Source: a virus
Taxonomy: Duplodnaviria; Caudoviricetes
Length of the DNA: 64,000 bases
IMG/VR virus record: IMGVR_UViG_2687453145_000002
Coordinates: 1-64,000 of that record
Strand: one strand, 5' to 3'
Positions 55,601 to 64,000 of this stretch are shown here, piece after piece. How positions within the stretch are numbered: position 1 is the stretch's first letter; every line of letters begins with the position of its first letter. Both the position numbers and the translations under genes were made by a program. The notes below the pieces were generated by a model. The model searched no databases. It saw only the letters and a list, made by a program, of their open reading frames with translations, and was not told the DNA's origin.

Positions 55601-58600
55601 TACCGCAAGGCAGTATCCAAAGGCGAGCCTGTGCCCACCAGGGATGAGCGGTTCGCACAGGCAGACGCAGAGCTGTTTAGTGAAATGGATCGCCGCTACG
55701 GAAAGATGTCAACTCCCGAGCTTGAAGCAGAGTACCAGCGACTTGGTGGCGAGGTTGGCGATCTGCAAAAATCAGGCTCTGGCGAGTTCAACGGCAATGG
55801 CGGTCGCCGCACTGGGGCTGCTGTATCCAATGAAGGTGCTCGCCAGGTTGGTGAGGAACGCTTGCGCCTTGGCGTTTACATGAAGATGCGCCGCGACCGC
55901 GATACCGCGTGGTCGGGAGCCAAGTCGCAGCAGATCGAGCCAGCCAACGACTGGCGCGGCGCCAAGAGCGCAACGGATTACCACGCCGCGAAGCGTCGCC
56001 TGTTCTCTGGCGAGATGGAGTTTTCTGAATTTCAAGCGATGAGCCGTTCCGCTCTGGATAACGCCCCCTCCCTGCGGGCTGAGCTGGAAAAGAAAACCAA
56101 GCAGGATTTGCTTGATCAGATGAGCCGCTTCAATGCTGCCCGCTACAAAAATGACAAAAAGGCCGTCGTGGTCGAGGCCGCATACAACCAGCTGATCGGT
56201 GATCTGCGCTGGGCTGCCAATGGTGATGGCAATACCATCAGCGAGACCTATGCCATCGGCGGCGCCAGACAGAGTATCGAAGAGCGAGTCGCCAAGGCGC
56301 TGGATGGCCTCACCCCTGAGCGGTATCAGCAGTTCGTCAACAAGCAGCGGGCGGACGTGGCCAAGCGCGATGCCGAGTTGGCCGCCACCAAGGAGGCGCT
56401 GCGCGACCCGCAGACCCTTGAGCAGTTCAAGACCTTCCTGAAATACCGCTCGCTGGACAAGCTGACCCCTGAGCAGCGCGCCCGCTATGAGGATTTGATC
56501 GCCGCCAGCAATCTGGACAAGCGGGATCAGGCCAACGAGGTGAAGGCTGCCACCGCCGTGACCCCGACCGCCAGCGGCGACATTATCAAAACCAAGCACA
56601 CCAAGAGCGGGGAAGACCTCTTTGTGGTGCAAATGGGCGACCGGGTTGACCGCGACACCTATAACCAGATCAACGCGCACGCCAAAAAGCTGGGCGGCTG
56701 GTATTCCTCTTACAAGGTCGGTGGCGCCGTGCCGGGCTTTCAGTTCAAGGATGAGGCCAAGGCCACCGAGTTTCGTGGTTGGTTGACCGGTCAGGGGGCT
56801 GCCAGTGCCGCCCCGTCTGCCGAGGCAGCCCCCACCGAGGTGACTGAACCTGCCCAGACTGACAGCAAGAGCAAGCAGGTCGAGACCCTGCGCACCCGTG
56901 CCAAGACATTGCGTGACAAGGCCACCGCCGCACTCAATGCCGAGCGCAAGGAGAACACCAACAAGCGCATGACCGAGGCCGCCAACGCCCGCGCCAATGC
57001 TGAAAGTGAGTTGCACTTTGCCGGGTTGCTTGATGCCATTGCCGATGGGATTGAGTCTGGCGAGGTGACTTACCTGCGCAACCTGGCTAACGGCACCCAG
57101 TTGACCGAGCTAAACCACGCGCTAAGCCGCAGCTTGTGGAATTTGCCGCCAGCCCGCCGCGAGGCGCTGACCAGTCAGGGGATGATTGAGCGCGCTGAGG
57201 ATGACCGGGAACGTTGGTCTGCCAAGGCCACCCCGGAGATGATGGCAGAAGGGGCGCAAATGCCCGGCATGGATTACTTCGCCCGCAACCTCAAAGATGT
57301 GGCAACCAAGATGCAAGGGGCAAGCGGCTTCAAGCAGGCCGGGGCCAAGATCATGGCGCTGGTCAATGCGGCGATCAATCGTGACAGCAAGACGGTTTCC
57401 ATTACCGATCCTGAGCTTATCGCCAAACTCAAAGCCTACACCAGCGGGGTGAGCGACTACGACGCCAAGGCGGTCAAGGAGCAGATCAACGGCTACAGCC
57501 GCTTGGAGCGCATGGGCATTACCAATCATACCGAGTTGCGCGCCGCCCTGCGTGAGCTGGCTCGTCTGCAAGCCGTGTTGAAAAAGCAGGCCGTGCCGCG
57601 CGACCCGTTAGCCGAGAAGATGGTCGCGCTAAAGCGCAAGTTGGTCGGCAACCGTAATGCCTTTATCGACTTCTTCCCGACCCCTGAGAGCCACGCCGCC
57701 GATCTGGTGACGCTGGCCGGGATCGAGCCTGGCATGACGGTGCTGGAGCCATCTGCCGGGCATGGCATGTTGGCCGAGGCGGCGCGCGCTGCCGGGGCCA
57801 AGGTCGATGCGGTGGAGCTGGCTGTTGACCTGCGCGAGATATTGCAGGCGAAAGGGTTTGGTCTGGTGGGGGGCGATTTTATGGACACCACCCCGGCCCA
57901 GTCTTATGACGCCGTGGTGATGAACCCGCCGTTCTCCAATGACATGGATATTGACCATGTACGCCATGCTTATGACCACCTCAAGCCGGGCGGGCGATTG
58001 GTGGCGATTGTGTCGGCCACGGCGGGGGATCGCCAAAACAACAAGAACAAAGCCTTCCGTGAGTGGTTTGACGGGCTAGGAGGCAGTGAGCAGGCCATGC
58101 CGGATGGCGCATTCAAGACGTCGCTCAACCCTACCGATGTGCGTACCAAGATATTTGTCATCGACAAGCCCGCCAACGAGGTCAAGCCGCTGCTGTCGCC
58201 AGAGGGCAAGCGGGTGACGGTGGCCACCCCCAAGGGGCAGAGCGTCGAGGTGCAATACCGGGTGATGGAGGCTGCCGATCTGGTGGCGTCCCACGACTTT
58301 GAGGGCAATCTCAACCACGACTACCCGCAGCAATTGCAGCCGCGTGACCGTAGCAAGCAGACCTATCGGGTACAGGTGGGTCAGATTGCTGCCGCGCCGG
58401 ATGGGGCGCGCCTAGCCGCCAGCCCGGAGACCGACCGGGGCGCGCCGATTGTGCGTGACGGCATTGTCGAGAGTGGTAACGGGCGCACCATTGGCTTGAA
58501 GCAAGCCTATCAGCGCGGTGATGCCGGGGCGTATCGCGCTTACCTGCTGACCCATGCCACCGAGTTTGGCCTTGATGCTGCCGCCATTGAGGCGATGAGC

Positions 58601-61600
58601 GCGCCGGTACTGGTCCGCGAGCGGCTGACCGAGATGGACGATCAGCAACTGCGTGACTTCGTGGTGGACTCCAACACCGACGCCAAGATGGCGAACAGTG
58701 CCGCCGAGGATGCCGGCGCCGACGCGGGCAAGCTGACAGACGACATGCTGGATCTGCTCAACATCCCTGAGGGGGGCGACGTACTGGCGAGCCAGAACAA
58801 CCGATTCCTCCAGGCGTTCCTGTCTGCCATCGGCGAGAACCAGAGCAACAGCTATGTGAGCCGGGACGGGCAGTGGAATGATGCCTACCGCAAGCGGGTG
58901 ACGGCGGCCATCTTCGCCTACGGCTACGGCAACCAGCGGCTGCTGGATGCGGCCACCGGCGAAGTGGACGCGGACGGCCGTAACATCACTACCGCCCTGA
59001 TCAACAACGCCGTGGGCATGGCCAAGTTGCGCCAGCACTCGCCGGAGCGGGCCAAGGTTATCTCCAACTACCTCGCCGAGGCAGTGGAGAGCATCGCCCG
59101 CGCCAAGCGCAGCGGGCAGTCCCTGCAAGAAATGGCCGCTCAGTCTGATATGCTGGGAGGCGACACCAGCCCAGAGGGCAGCCTGCTGGCCCAGGCCATC
59201 GCGGCCAGCGCCCGCAGTGCCAAGGCGATCACCGGCATGGTTGGCGACATCCTGACTATGCTCAACAAGACCACTTCCGCCGACATGTTCGGCGCGGCGG
59301 TGGACCCTGCAACCCCGGAGACAGCGATCAATGAAACCCTCAAGGCCATCAGCGCCTACAACCAGCAAAAAGCCAGCCAACCCAAGCCCGGCGGCGATCT
59401 TTTTGGCCTCGCCGGAGCACGGAATAACCACGGCGCAGCGCCAAGCGTTCCGCGATCTGGTGACGCAAGCGCAGCAAAAGGCGCAGGAGGAGTAACCGAG
59501 GGGCGCCTCGAGCTGGACGGGGTAAGTATCCGTATTCCGGCCATCGACGAGGAGCAGCAACGCCTCTACAACCAAGCCACCCACCGGGGCCAGGGCGTGA
59601 ACTTTGCCAGCGGCATCAGCACCGGCGTGGGGCGGATCCTCAATGACCTGAAGGATGCCGGCCTACTGGACACGGTAGAGCAGAGGGCGGCCGCCGAGGC
59701 TGAGGTGCAAGCCTGGGCCAATGAGGAGGCCATCAACGCCCGCAAGCTGATGCGCGACGGCATCAAAAACCCGAGCTGGGCGATCACCGGCCGTTCTGGT
59801 CGCAAGGCCCAGAGCAGCGACGCCCAGGACGCCGAGAACCGCCGCCAAGCCGCCCACCACAAAGACCAGTCAGACCGCATCACGGCCCTGCGCGGAGAGC
59901 TGAAGAAGCTGCGCCCGAAGGAGGTGATCGGGAAAGATTCGTTCAACTACGCATGGGGCAAGGCCAAAGGCATGATCGCCGACTACGCCAGCGCCCAGAG
60001 CAACGGGCAGCCCAATCTGCTGGCCAGTCTGCGCAAGAGCATGAATGCCGAGCTGGCCCGCTACCTGCAATCCATGGGCAAGATCGACGCACCCAACTTC
60101 ATCAAGACCCTGAAGGAGCAGGATCAGCGCCTGAAGGCCGCCGGCCATGACGGCTTGGTGGCCATCGTGGGTGCGCGCTCCAACCCGGGCAAGATCATCT
60201 CCAACGCCATCGATGGCCGGATCCGCTTCTCCAAGCAAGCCATGTCACAAGGGATGCGACCTGCTAAACACCTGACTCGCAAGGAGGCTGAGCTGGTAAC
60301 CAAGGGGTGGTTCAAGCAGTACCGCGGCGCTTCCGGCATAGATGTGCAGATCCACGCAACCCAGGCTGAACTGGAGGAATCCCTCGGGCTGGATGCCAAG
60401 GACGGATTGATCCGTCGCGCGGCGTTTGACGACGATGCAGGCACTCTCCATGTGGCTGCCGACACCATCTCCGACCCCAAGCGGATGCGCGAGATCCTGC
60501 GCCATGAGGTGCTGGCCCACTACGGCCTGGCCAACGTCCTGGGTGATGGGGAATACACCAAGCTGATGAGCCGTCTCATCCAGTCGCAGAAGGACCCCAG
60601 CATGAAGCCGGTGTGGGACTGGGTAAACACCCATTACGCCGACGAGGACATCGGCACCAAGGCCGAAGAGGTGGTGGCTCACCTCGCCGAACTGGAACAG
60701 GGGGCTTGGGGCCGTGGCTGGGATCGGGTTGTTGCTTGGGTTACCCGGGCGCTGCGAGCGGTCGGTTTTGTGCCTGATGGCATTACCGCCGCGGAGACGC
60801 GTTCCCTGATCGAGGGACTGGGCAAGAAGTTGCAGCGTAGCGGCCCAGACGACAGCGGGCCGGATGGCGGCAAGAAGTTCAGCCAGGAAGCCGAGCGGCC
60901 AGCCCTGAAAGGCGGTATCAAGATGAGCCAGGCCAGTACCGCAGCTGATGCGGCCATGGAGAAGCTCAACCTGGGCCCCAAGCCCGACATCATCGACAAG
61001 ACCAAAACCAACCTGAACAAGCTCCGTCAAGTTGACCGTGGCGTGGTCAGCTCATGGGTTGATCGCGTCATCAAAAAAGCCAATACCGAGGTGCTCGACG
61101 CGCTGGCCCCCATCAAGTACGCCGAGGAGGCTGCCGGCATTACCGATGCTGCTGACTCCGGCTATGTGGCTGCACGGATGGCGACGGGGGCCGCCTCCAC
61201 CATGCAGGCGACCATGCTTTACGGTTTGCCGGAGTGGAAGGATGGGGTGATCCAGCGCAAGGCGGGCACCGGCGAGAAGGATGCGCTGCTGGGAATCTTT
61301 GCCGACCTGGGAGCTGACCTGCACAACTGGCTGGGCTGGATGGCCGGCCACCGGGCCGAGCTGTTGCTGGCCCAAGGGCGTGAGAACCTTCTCGACGCCC
61401 AGGACATCGCTGCCCTCAAGGCTCAAGGTAAAGGCAAAGAGGCCAAGTTTCTTGACGCCAAAGCGCGCTGGAATCGGCTCAATGCCGCCACCCTGGACCT
61501 GGGACAAGAAGCTGGGCTCTTCACCAAAGAGGCCCGGGCGGAGTTCGAAAGCGAGTGGTACATCCCGTTCTTCCGCGAATCCGACGACGGCGACGTGATC

Positions 61601-63502
61601 GCCCCATTCAAGACGAAGGGCATTGCCAACCAGAACGCCGGCATCAAGAAGCTCAAGGGCGGGGAGGCCAACACCAACGACCTGCTCGAGAACATCTTCA
61701 CCTCCACCTCCAAGCTGATCGACGCGTCCATGAAGAACATGGCGGCCCAGAAGACGGTTTGGAACCTGGCGGATACCGGCATCATCGAGGTCATTCCGAA
61801 GCCAAACAAGATGGATTACCAGGCCCTTGCCAATGGCAAAGACAGGATCATGGTCAAGCTGGAGGGGGAGGACTACATGATCCGGGTTGAGGATCCGGAC
61901 CTCTATCGCGCTATGACCTTCTTCGACCGCAAGCCGTTCGGCGCCATGGTCAATGTGGCGGCCAAGGCCAAGCGCCTGCTTACTGCTGGGGTCACTGCAT
62001 CTCCCGAATTCATGCTGCGCAACTTCCTGCGCGACTCACTCTCCAGCTGGGCGATCAGCAAAGACGGCTTCAGGCCGGTGATCGACTCCATCAAGGGGGT
62101 GAAAAAGACCCTGGCGATGGACGGCAGTACCATTGATGTGATGTTCAGCGGAGCCTCCTTCCTGGGCGGCTACGTGAATGGCAATGACCCAGAGGCGATG
62201 GCCGATACCGTGCGTAAGTCGCTGCGACGCAAGGGGATGACCCCGGAGCAAATCGCCCGCTACGAAAAGAGCATTATCCGCAACGCCGCTCAGGCAAAGG
62301 GCGTGGTTGCCAATGTGTGGGAGAAGTACAACCGCTATGGCGAGGCTTTCGAGAATGCCAACCGCGAGGCGGTCTATGCCGCAGCCATCAAGGCTGGCAA
62401 GAGCCACGCCCAGGCGGCGTTCGAGTCGAAGGACCTGATGGATTTCTCCATGCTGGGTGCCTCACGCACCATGCAGGTCATGACCCAACTGCTGCCGTTC
62501 TTCAATGCCAGGGTCCAGGGTCTCGGCAAGCTGAGCCGTGAGCTGCGCGACAACCCGCGCGAGATCGCCAAGCGTGCCGGCATGATCACGGCAGCAAGCC
62601 TGGCGCTGCTGGCCCTCAACTGGGATGACGAGCGCTATGAGAAGCTGCCGGACTGGGACAAGGATGCGAACTGGCACTTCTGGATTGGGGATGAGGAGTT
62701 CCGCATCCCCAAGCCGTTCGAGATTGGGGTGTTGTTCGGCACCATCCCGGAGCGCATGGTGCGCGCCATGGGCGGGAAGGACACTGGCGCGCAACTCGGC
62801 AAGGCGATAGCCAGGGCGGTCGGTGAAACGTTCGCGCTCAACCCCACGCCGCAGATCGTCAAGCCGTTGGTGGAATCCTACTTCAACTACGATGCCTTCC
62901 GTGGCATCCCCATCGAGAACGCGCAGGACCTCGCAGTGCAGGCGGAGGCTCGCTACAACGAGCAGACCAGTCTGATGATGCGTGAGCTTGGCGAAACCCT
63001 GGGTATGTCACCCAAAAAGCTGGAGCACCTGCTGATCGGCTACACGGGCACCATCGGCAGTTACGTGATGGCGGCGGCCGATGGCCTGATCCGGGCCGGC
63101 ACGCCCGGGGAGTCTGCAAGCTGGCGCGCCGACGAGATCCCGCTTGTGAAAGCGGTGTACCGCGGCACTGGCCCTGCAAAGTCCACGCAGCACATGGAGG
63201 AGTTCTACCGGATGCTGAACGAGGTGAACCAGCTCAAGCGCACCGTTGACCAGTACCGCAGTGAGGGGCTCACAGATAAGGCCCGCGAGCTGCTGGAGGA
63301 GCAGGGTGGGATCTTGAAGTCGCGCCGCAGCCTGAGCCGCACTCAGCAGCAGGTCCGGGTGGTGCGCAACAAGATCGAGCTGATCCAGCGCGACCGCACA
63401 ATGACCGCAGAAGAGAAGCGCCGGCGCATCGATGAGATGCTGGCCCGCCGTAATGACCTAGTGTATCAGGCAGTCAATAAGAACAAGGCGAACTGGGAGT
63501 AA
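52649..63502 (+). CDS. Giant polyvalent virion protein (N6-adenine MTase, DdrB-like ParB, zincin-like metallopeptidase, LPD38-like C-terminus)
   Basis: FFPTP, LEPSAG.G, NPPF; LQPRDR..GAPIV..VESGNGR; HEVLAHYG; IPKPFEIG; RBS GAGGACACC. Confidence 0.85.
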   Translation: MDKLGLRDALPQPQQSDTRNDPFWGNLDSSLSAAAAAPPQSAQPTAKRDLDVGLGDVARGVGAGALELVGGIGELARQASNFGKENAGKQGGDYLEQARANMANKLSPVLDAVAGAGDLAQGGAESLTEGMSADAKEALGRRLVDETPEGRLTLGDGAGDIDVWAMKMAQGVGSLLPTLAAGGVTGLAAKVSIGRAVTASMIKRGATQEVAEAVAAKAVSKIATGASVTTGVTGSVGSAGVNARDTVLGMSFDELAGSDTFRQAFTRIDQDQQTAHLSDEEKLGLAREETANLASRATMSDAKVWGAAAMGSMMGDAMLFKMLAGKAATGGVLKGAAKGAAGEGISETLEEGVQQYAVNESLNEVAAADIDPMKGVMSSAIEGGLIGMGAGGAVGAVGGARGGKHASQEDGVGTDPVSEPSAPVTEGAAGPAVDPNFASVPLEEGEQAPSASLAEGELNPLGPSASQFDELRDVPAYLRQDDTADRYKGMAADSEVQRALAGEFGQTVQELVASQMKAGDQGKSLYERAQAGELGLDPFAGNKSAQQVAMENQRLALPLKDVIFAGDANAKPKGEAVAAPGDHDDQQAGPGPQFRGGERTRWQSGQEGDVLPPEASSTKPAGELPGAVIEGEAREVGNELPHRNVVYGNDLRAEQQRAADLARRERELNNHPLQIGQSETIFAGGTPGADPRNSAYTPPRLSRDQVDTSMGEQSTRDPRSPVAQSIEQAGSATDSVFGPLKSLRITRKGKPFATEKEAAMASRKGQEMPVPLNGGGFGVAEIAEVEQVKAAATTQSSAPQLDDISVTNPNQPSDQPAASVSAETVPAPSATAGEASQLAPAIDTGYREVIPVKQPKTEVSNEPVTPVPAISSEGQRDQPGAGEPAAAGAGPAVAGLTDRAGSGDRADLAAPAPVPDGQQQNDPTLTAPATDAGAAVSGRIGEEELRDRDLLKEHGGHWKYRSAVGAGWFTANTKEAAIQRAEEAYRKAVSKGEPVPTRDERFAQADAELFSEMDRRYGKMSTPELEAEYQRLGGEVGDLQKSGSGEFNGNGGRRTGAAVSNEGARQVGEERLRLGVYMKMRRDRDTAWSGAKSQQIEPANDWRGAKSATDYHAAKRRLFSGEMEFSEFQAMSRSALDNAPSLRAELEKKTKQDLLDQMSRFNAARYKNDKKAVVVEAAYNQLIGDLRWAANGDGNTISETYAIGGARQSIEERVAKALDGLTPERYQQFVNKQRADVAKRDAELAATKEALRDPQTLEQFKTFLKYRSLDKLTPEQRARYEDLIAASNLDKRDQANEVKAATAVTPTASGDIIKTKHTKSGEDLFVVQMGDRVDRDTYNQINAHAKKLGGWYSSYKVGGAVPGFQFKDEAKATEFRGWLTGQGAASAAPSAEAAPTEVTEPAQTDSKSKQVETLRTRAKTLRDKATAALNAERKENTNKRMTEAANARANAESELHFAGLLDAIADGIESGEVTYLRNLANGTQLTELNHALSRSLWNLPPARREALTSQGMIERAEDDRERWSAKATPEMMAEGAQMPGMDYFARNLKDVATKMQGASGFKQAGAKIMALVNAAINRDSKTVSITDPELIAKLKAYTSGVSDYDAKAVKEQINGYSRLERMGITNHTELRAALRELARLQAVLKKQAVPRDPLAEKMVALKRKLVGNRNAFIDFFPTPESHAADLVTLAGIEPGMTVLEPSAGHGMLAEAARAAGAKVDAVELAVDLREILQAKGFGLVGGDFMDTTPAQSYDAVVMNPPFSNDMDIDHVRHAYDHLKPGGRLVAIVSATAGDRQNNKNKAFREWFDGLGGSEQAMPDGAFKTSLNPTDVRTKIFVIDKPANEVKPLLSPEGKRVTVATPKGQSVEVQYRVMEAADLVASHDFEGNLNHDYPQQLQPRDRSKQTYRVQVGQIAAAPDGARLAASPETDRGAPIVRDGIVESGNGRTIGLKQAYQRGDAGAYRAYLLTHATEFGLDAAAIEAMSAPVLVRERLTEMDDQQLRDFVVDSNTDAKMANSAAEDAGADAGKLTDDMLDLLNIPEGGDVLASQNNRFLQAFLSAIGENQSNSYVSRDGQWNDAYRKRVTAAIFAYGYGNQRLLDAATGEVDADGRNITTALINNAVGMAKLRQHSPERAKVISNYLAEAVESIARAKRSGQSLQEMAAQSDMLGGDTSPEGSLLAQAIAASARSAKAITGMVGDILTMLNKTTSADMFGAAVDPATPETAINETLKAISAYNQQKASQPKPGGDLFGLAGARNNHGAAPSVPRSGDASAAKGAGGVTEGRLELDGVSIRIPAIDEEQQRLYNQATHRGQGVNFASGISTGVGRILNDLKDAGLLDTVEQRAAAEAEVQAWANEEAINARKLMRDGIKNPSWAITGRSGRKAQSSDAQDAENRRQAAHHKDQSDRITALRGELKKLRPKEVIGKDSFNYAWGKAKGMIADYASAQSNGQPNLLASLRKSMNAELARYLQSMGKIDAPNFIKTLKEQDQRLKAAGHDGLVAIVGARSNPGKIISNAIDGRIRFSKQAMSQGMRPAKHLTRKEAELVTKGWFKQYRGASGIDVQIHATQAELEESLGLDAKDGLIRRAAFDDDAGTLHVAADTISDPKRMREILRHEVLAHYGLANVLGDGEYTKLMSRLIQSQKDPSMKPVWDWVNTHYADEDIGTKAEEVVAHLAELEQGAWGRGWDRVVAWVTRALRAVGFVPDGITAAETRSLIEGLGKKLQRSGPDDSGPDGGKKFSQEAERPALKGGIKMSQASTAADAAMEKLNLGPKPDIIDKTKTNLNKLRQVDRGVVSSWVDRVIKKANTEVLDALAPIKYAEEAAGITDAADSGYVAARMATGAASTMQATMLYGLPEWKDGVIQRKAGTGEKDALLGIFADLGADLHNWLGWMAGHRAELLLAQGRENLLDAQDIAALKAQGKGKEAKFLDAKARWNRLNAATLDLGQEAGLFTKEARAEFESEWYIPFFRESDDGDVIAPFKTKGIANQNAGIKKLKGGEANTNDLLENIFTSTSKLIDASMKNMAAQKTVWNLADTGIIEVIPKPNKMDYQALANGKDRIMVKLEGEDYMIRVEDPDLYRAMTFFDRKPFGAMVNVAAKAKRLLTAGVTASPEFMLRNFLRDSLSSWAISKDGFRPVIDSIKGVKKTLAMDGSTIDVMFSGASFLGGYVNGNDPEAMADTVRKSLRRKGMTPEQIARYEKSIIRNAAQAKGVVANVWEKYNRYGEAFENANREAVYAAAIKAGKSHAQAAFESKDLMDFSMLGASRTMQVMTQLLPFFNARVQGLGKLSRELRDNPREIAKRAGMITAASLALLALNWDDERYEKLPDWDKDANWHFWIGDEEFRIPKPFEIGVLFGTIPERMVRAMGGKDTGAQLGKAIARAVGETFALNPTPQIVKPLVESYFNYDAFRGIPIENAQDLAVQAEARYNEQTSLMMRELGETLGMSPKKLEHLLIGYTGTIGSYVMAAADGLIRAGTPGESASWRADEIPLVKAVYRGTGPAKSTQHMEEFYRMLNEVNQLKRTVDQYRSEGLTDKARELLEEQGGILKSRRSLSRTQQQVRVVRNKIELIQRDRTMTAEEKRRRIDEMLARRNDLVYQAVNKNKANWE
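55230..55424 (+). CDS. Candidate nested 64-aa gene in an alternative frame of the giant gene
   Basis: GAGGTG RBS; amphipathic sequence; 10-bp hairpin directly after the stop. Confidence 0.5.
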   Translation: MSQLPQYLQSAVKDNAISLAQANRLQQALDQPLPDSPTELDPEIGQISLRLHLYLTDSSKMTQH

Positions 63503-63575
63503 GGGGTAATAGCGGCCCTAGCTGAGCCTCTGTGATAGGGGTAATCTGGGGCCTTTATCGCAGAGGGCCCTGACC

Positions 63576-63776
63576 ATGTGGATTCTGTTTGCTCTGATAA
63601 TGATGGTGGTGGCGCTGAAAGCATTCAGTGTTAGTTTCACCCTAGCGTTGATACCGATAGCGATAGGGGTCTGGTGTTTCAGTAAATCCAACCGTGAGAG
63701 CCTGGATAACTTCATGGCCTTCACTTTCATCATTGTACTGATTGGTTTTGCTGTGAATGTGTTGGTTTCGCCTTAG
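63576..63776 (+). CDS. Small hydrophobic membrane protein
   Basis: 66 aa, three hydrophobic segments. Confidence 0.6.
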   Translation: MWILFALIMMVVALKAFSVSFTLALIPIAIGVWCFSKSNRESLDNFMAFTFIIVLIGFAVNVLVSP

Positions 63777-63958
63777 TAAGGTGTAAGTTGCGCATCACTC
63801 TCACCAAGTGATGTCTTGAACATACTGGTTTCACGGATCTATGTCACATTGCCGTTGGCTAGTTTTGTTAGGCTCAACTTAACTACCGAAATGGTATTGA
63901 TCTTATTGCTTAGTCATGGGATAAGAGGCAGACCCAACTTATGCACAGGATGTGCGTA

Positions 63959-63987
63959 TTGACAATTGGGTGCGTTTTTGGTATAGT
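63959..63987 (+). promoter_or_regulatory. Strong sigma70 promoter reading out of the window
   Basis: TTGACA-17-TATAGT with extended TG. Confidence 0.75.
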
Positions 63988-64000
63988 ATTGCGACTCGAA

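Larger units (their letters stand above)
1..63800. mobile_element. Temperate prophage (lambdoid regulation, podovirus/933W-like morphogenesis)
   Basis: Integrase at the left edge, then an ordered set of recombination, immunity, replication, lysis, head, tail and ejection genes. att sites not located, so the right boundary is approximate. Confidence 0.95.

Noticed and set aside
1-64000. CRISPR array, tRNA/rRNA genes, reverse transcriptase (retron/DGR), IS transposase
   Set aside because: No regularly spaced repeat-spacer array, cloverleaf, YADD-type or DDE motifs noticed by eye

Overview
The window is almost entirely one temperate prophage of about 64 kb. The host is probably a gammaproteobacterium, likely Aeromonas (inferred from composition and gene style only). 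Gene order is lambdoid: integrase/xis, RecE/RecT, CI/Cro switch, initiator with iterons, nin-like region, Q-like antiterminator, holin/SAR endolysin/Rz-Rz1. The virion module is podovirus-like (933W-type): terminase, portal, N4-gp56-type capsid, tail fibre, ejection proteins and a ~3,600-aa polyvalent protein. Cargo includes low-GC putative defence cassettes, a katB-ankB-sodC operon, umuDC, a CaiF/GrlA-like regulator and an RCC1-repeat lipoprotein. Main observations: (1) four copies of a promoter + conserved GCGT element + promoter-proximal hairpin spread through the late region, suggesting multi-site Q-type antitermination; (2) a ParB-HEPN-like + adenine methylase pair whose effector is interrupted at a C9 tract, where one base less restores a 474-aa ORF; (3) repeated flanking elements around the accessory cassettes; (4) a nested gene with its own RBS and hairpin inside the giant virion gene; (5) a GGA-rich structured intergenic region that mirrors the phage's own RBS motif. 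All protein calls are by motif recognition; no database searches were run. att sites were not identified.
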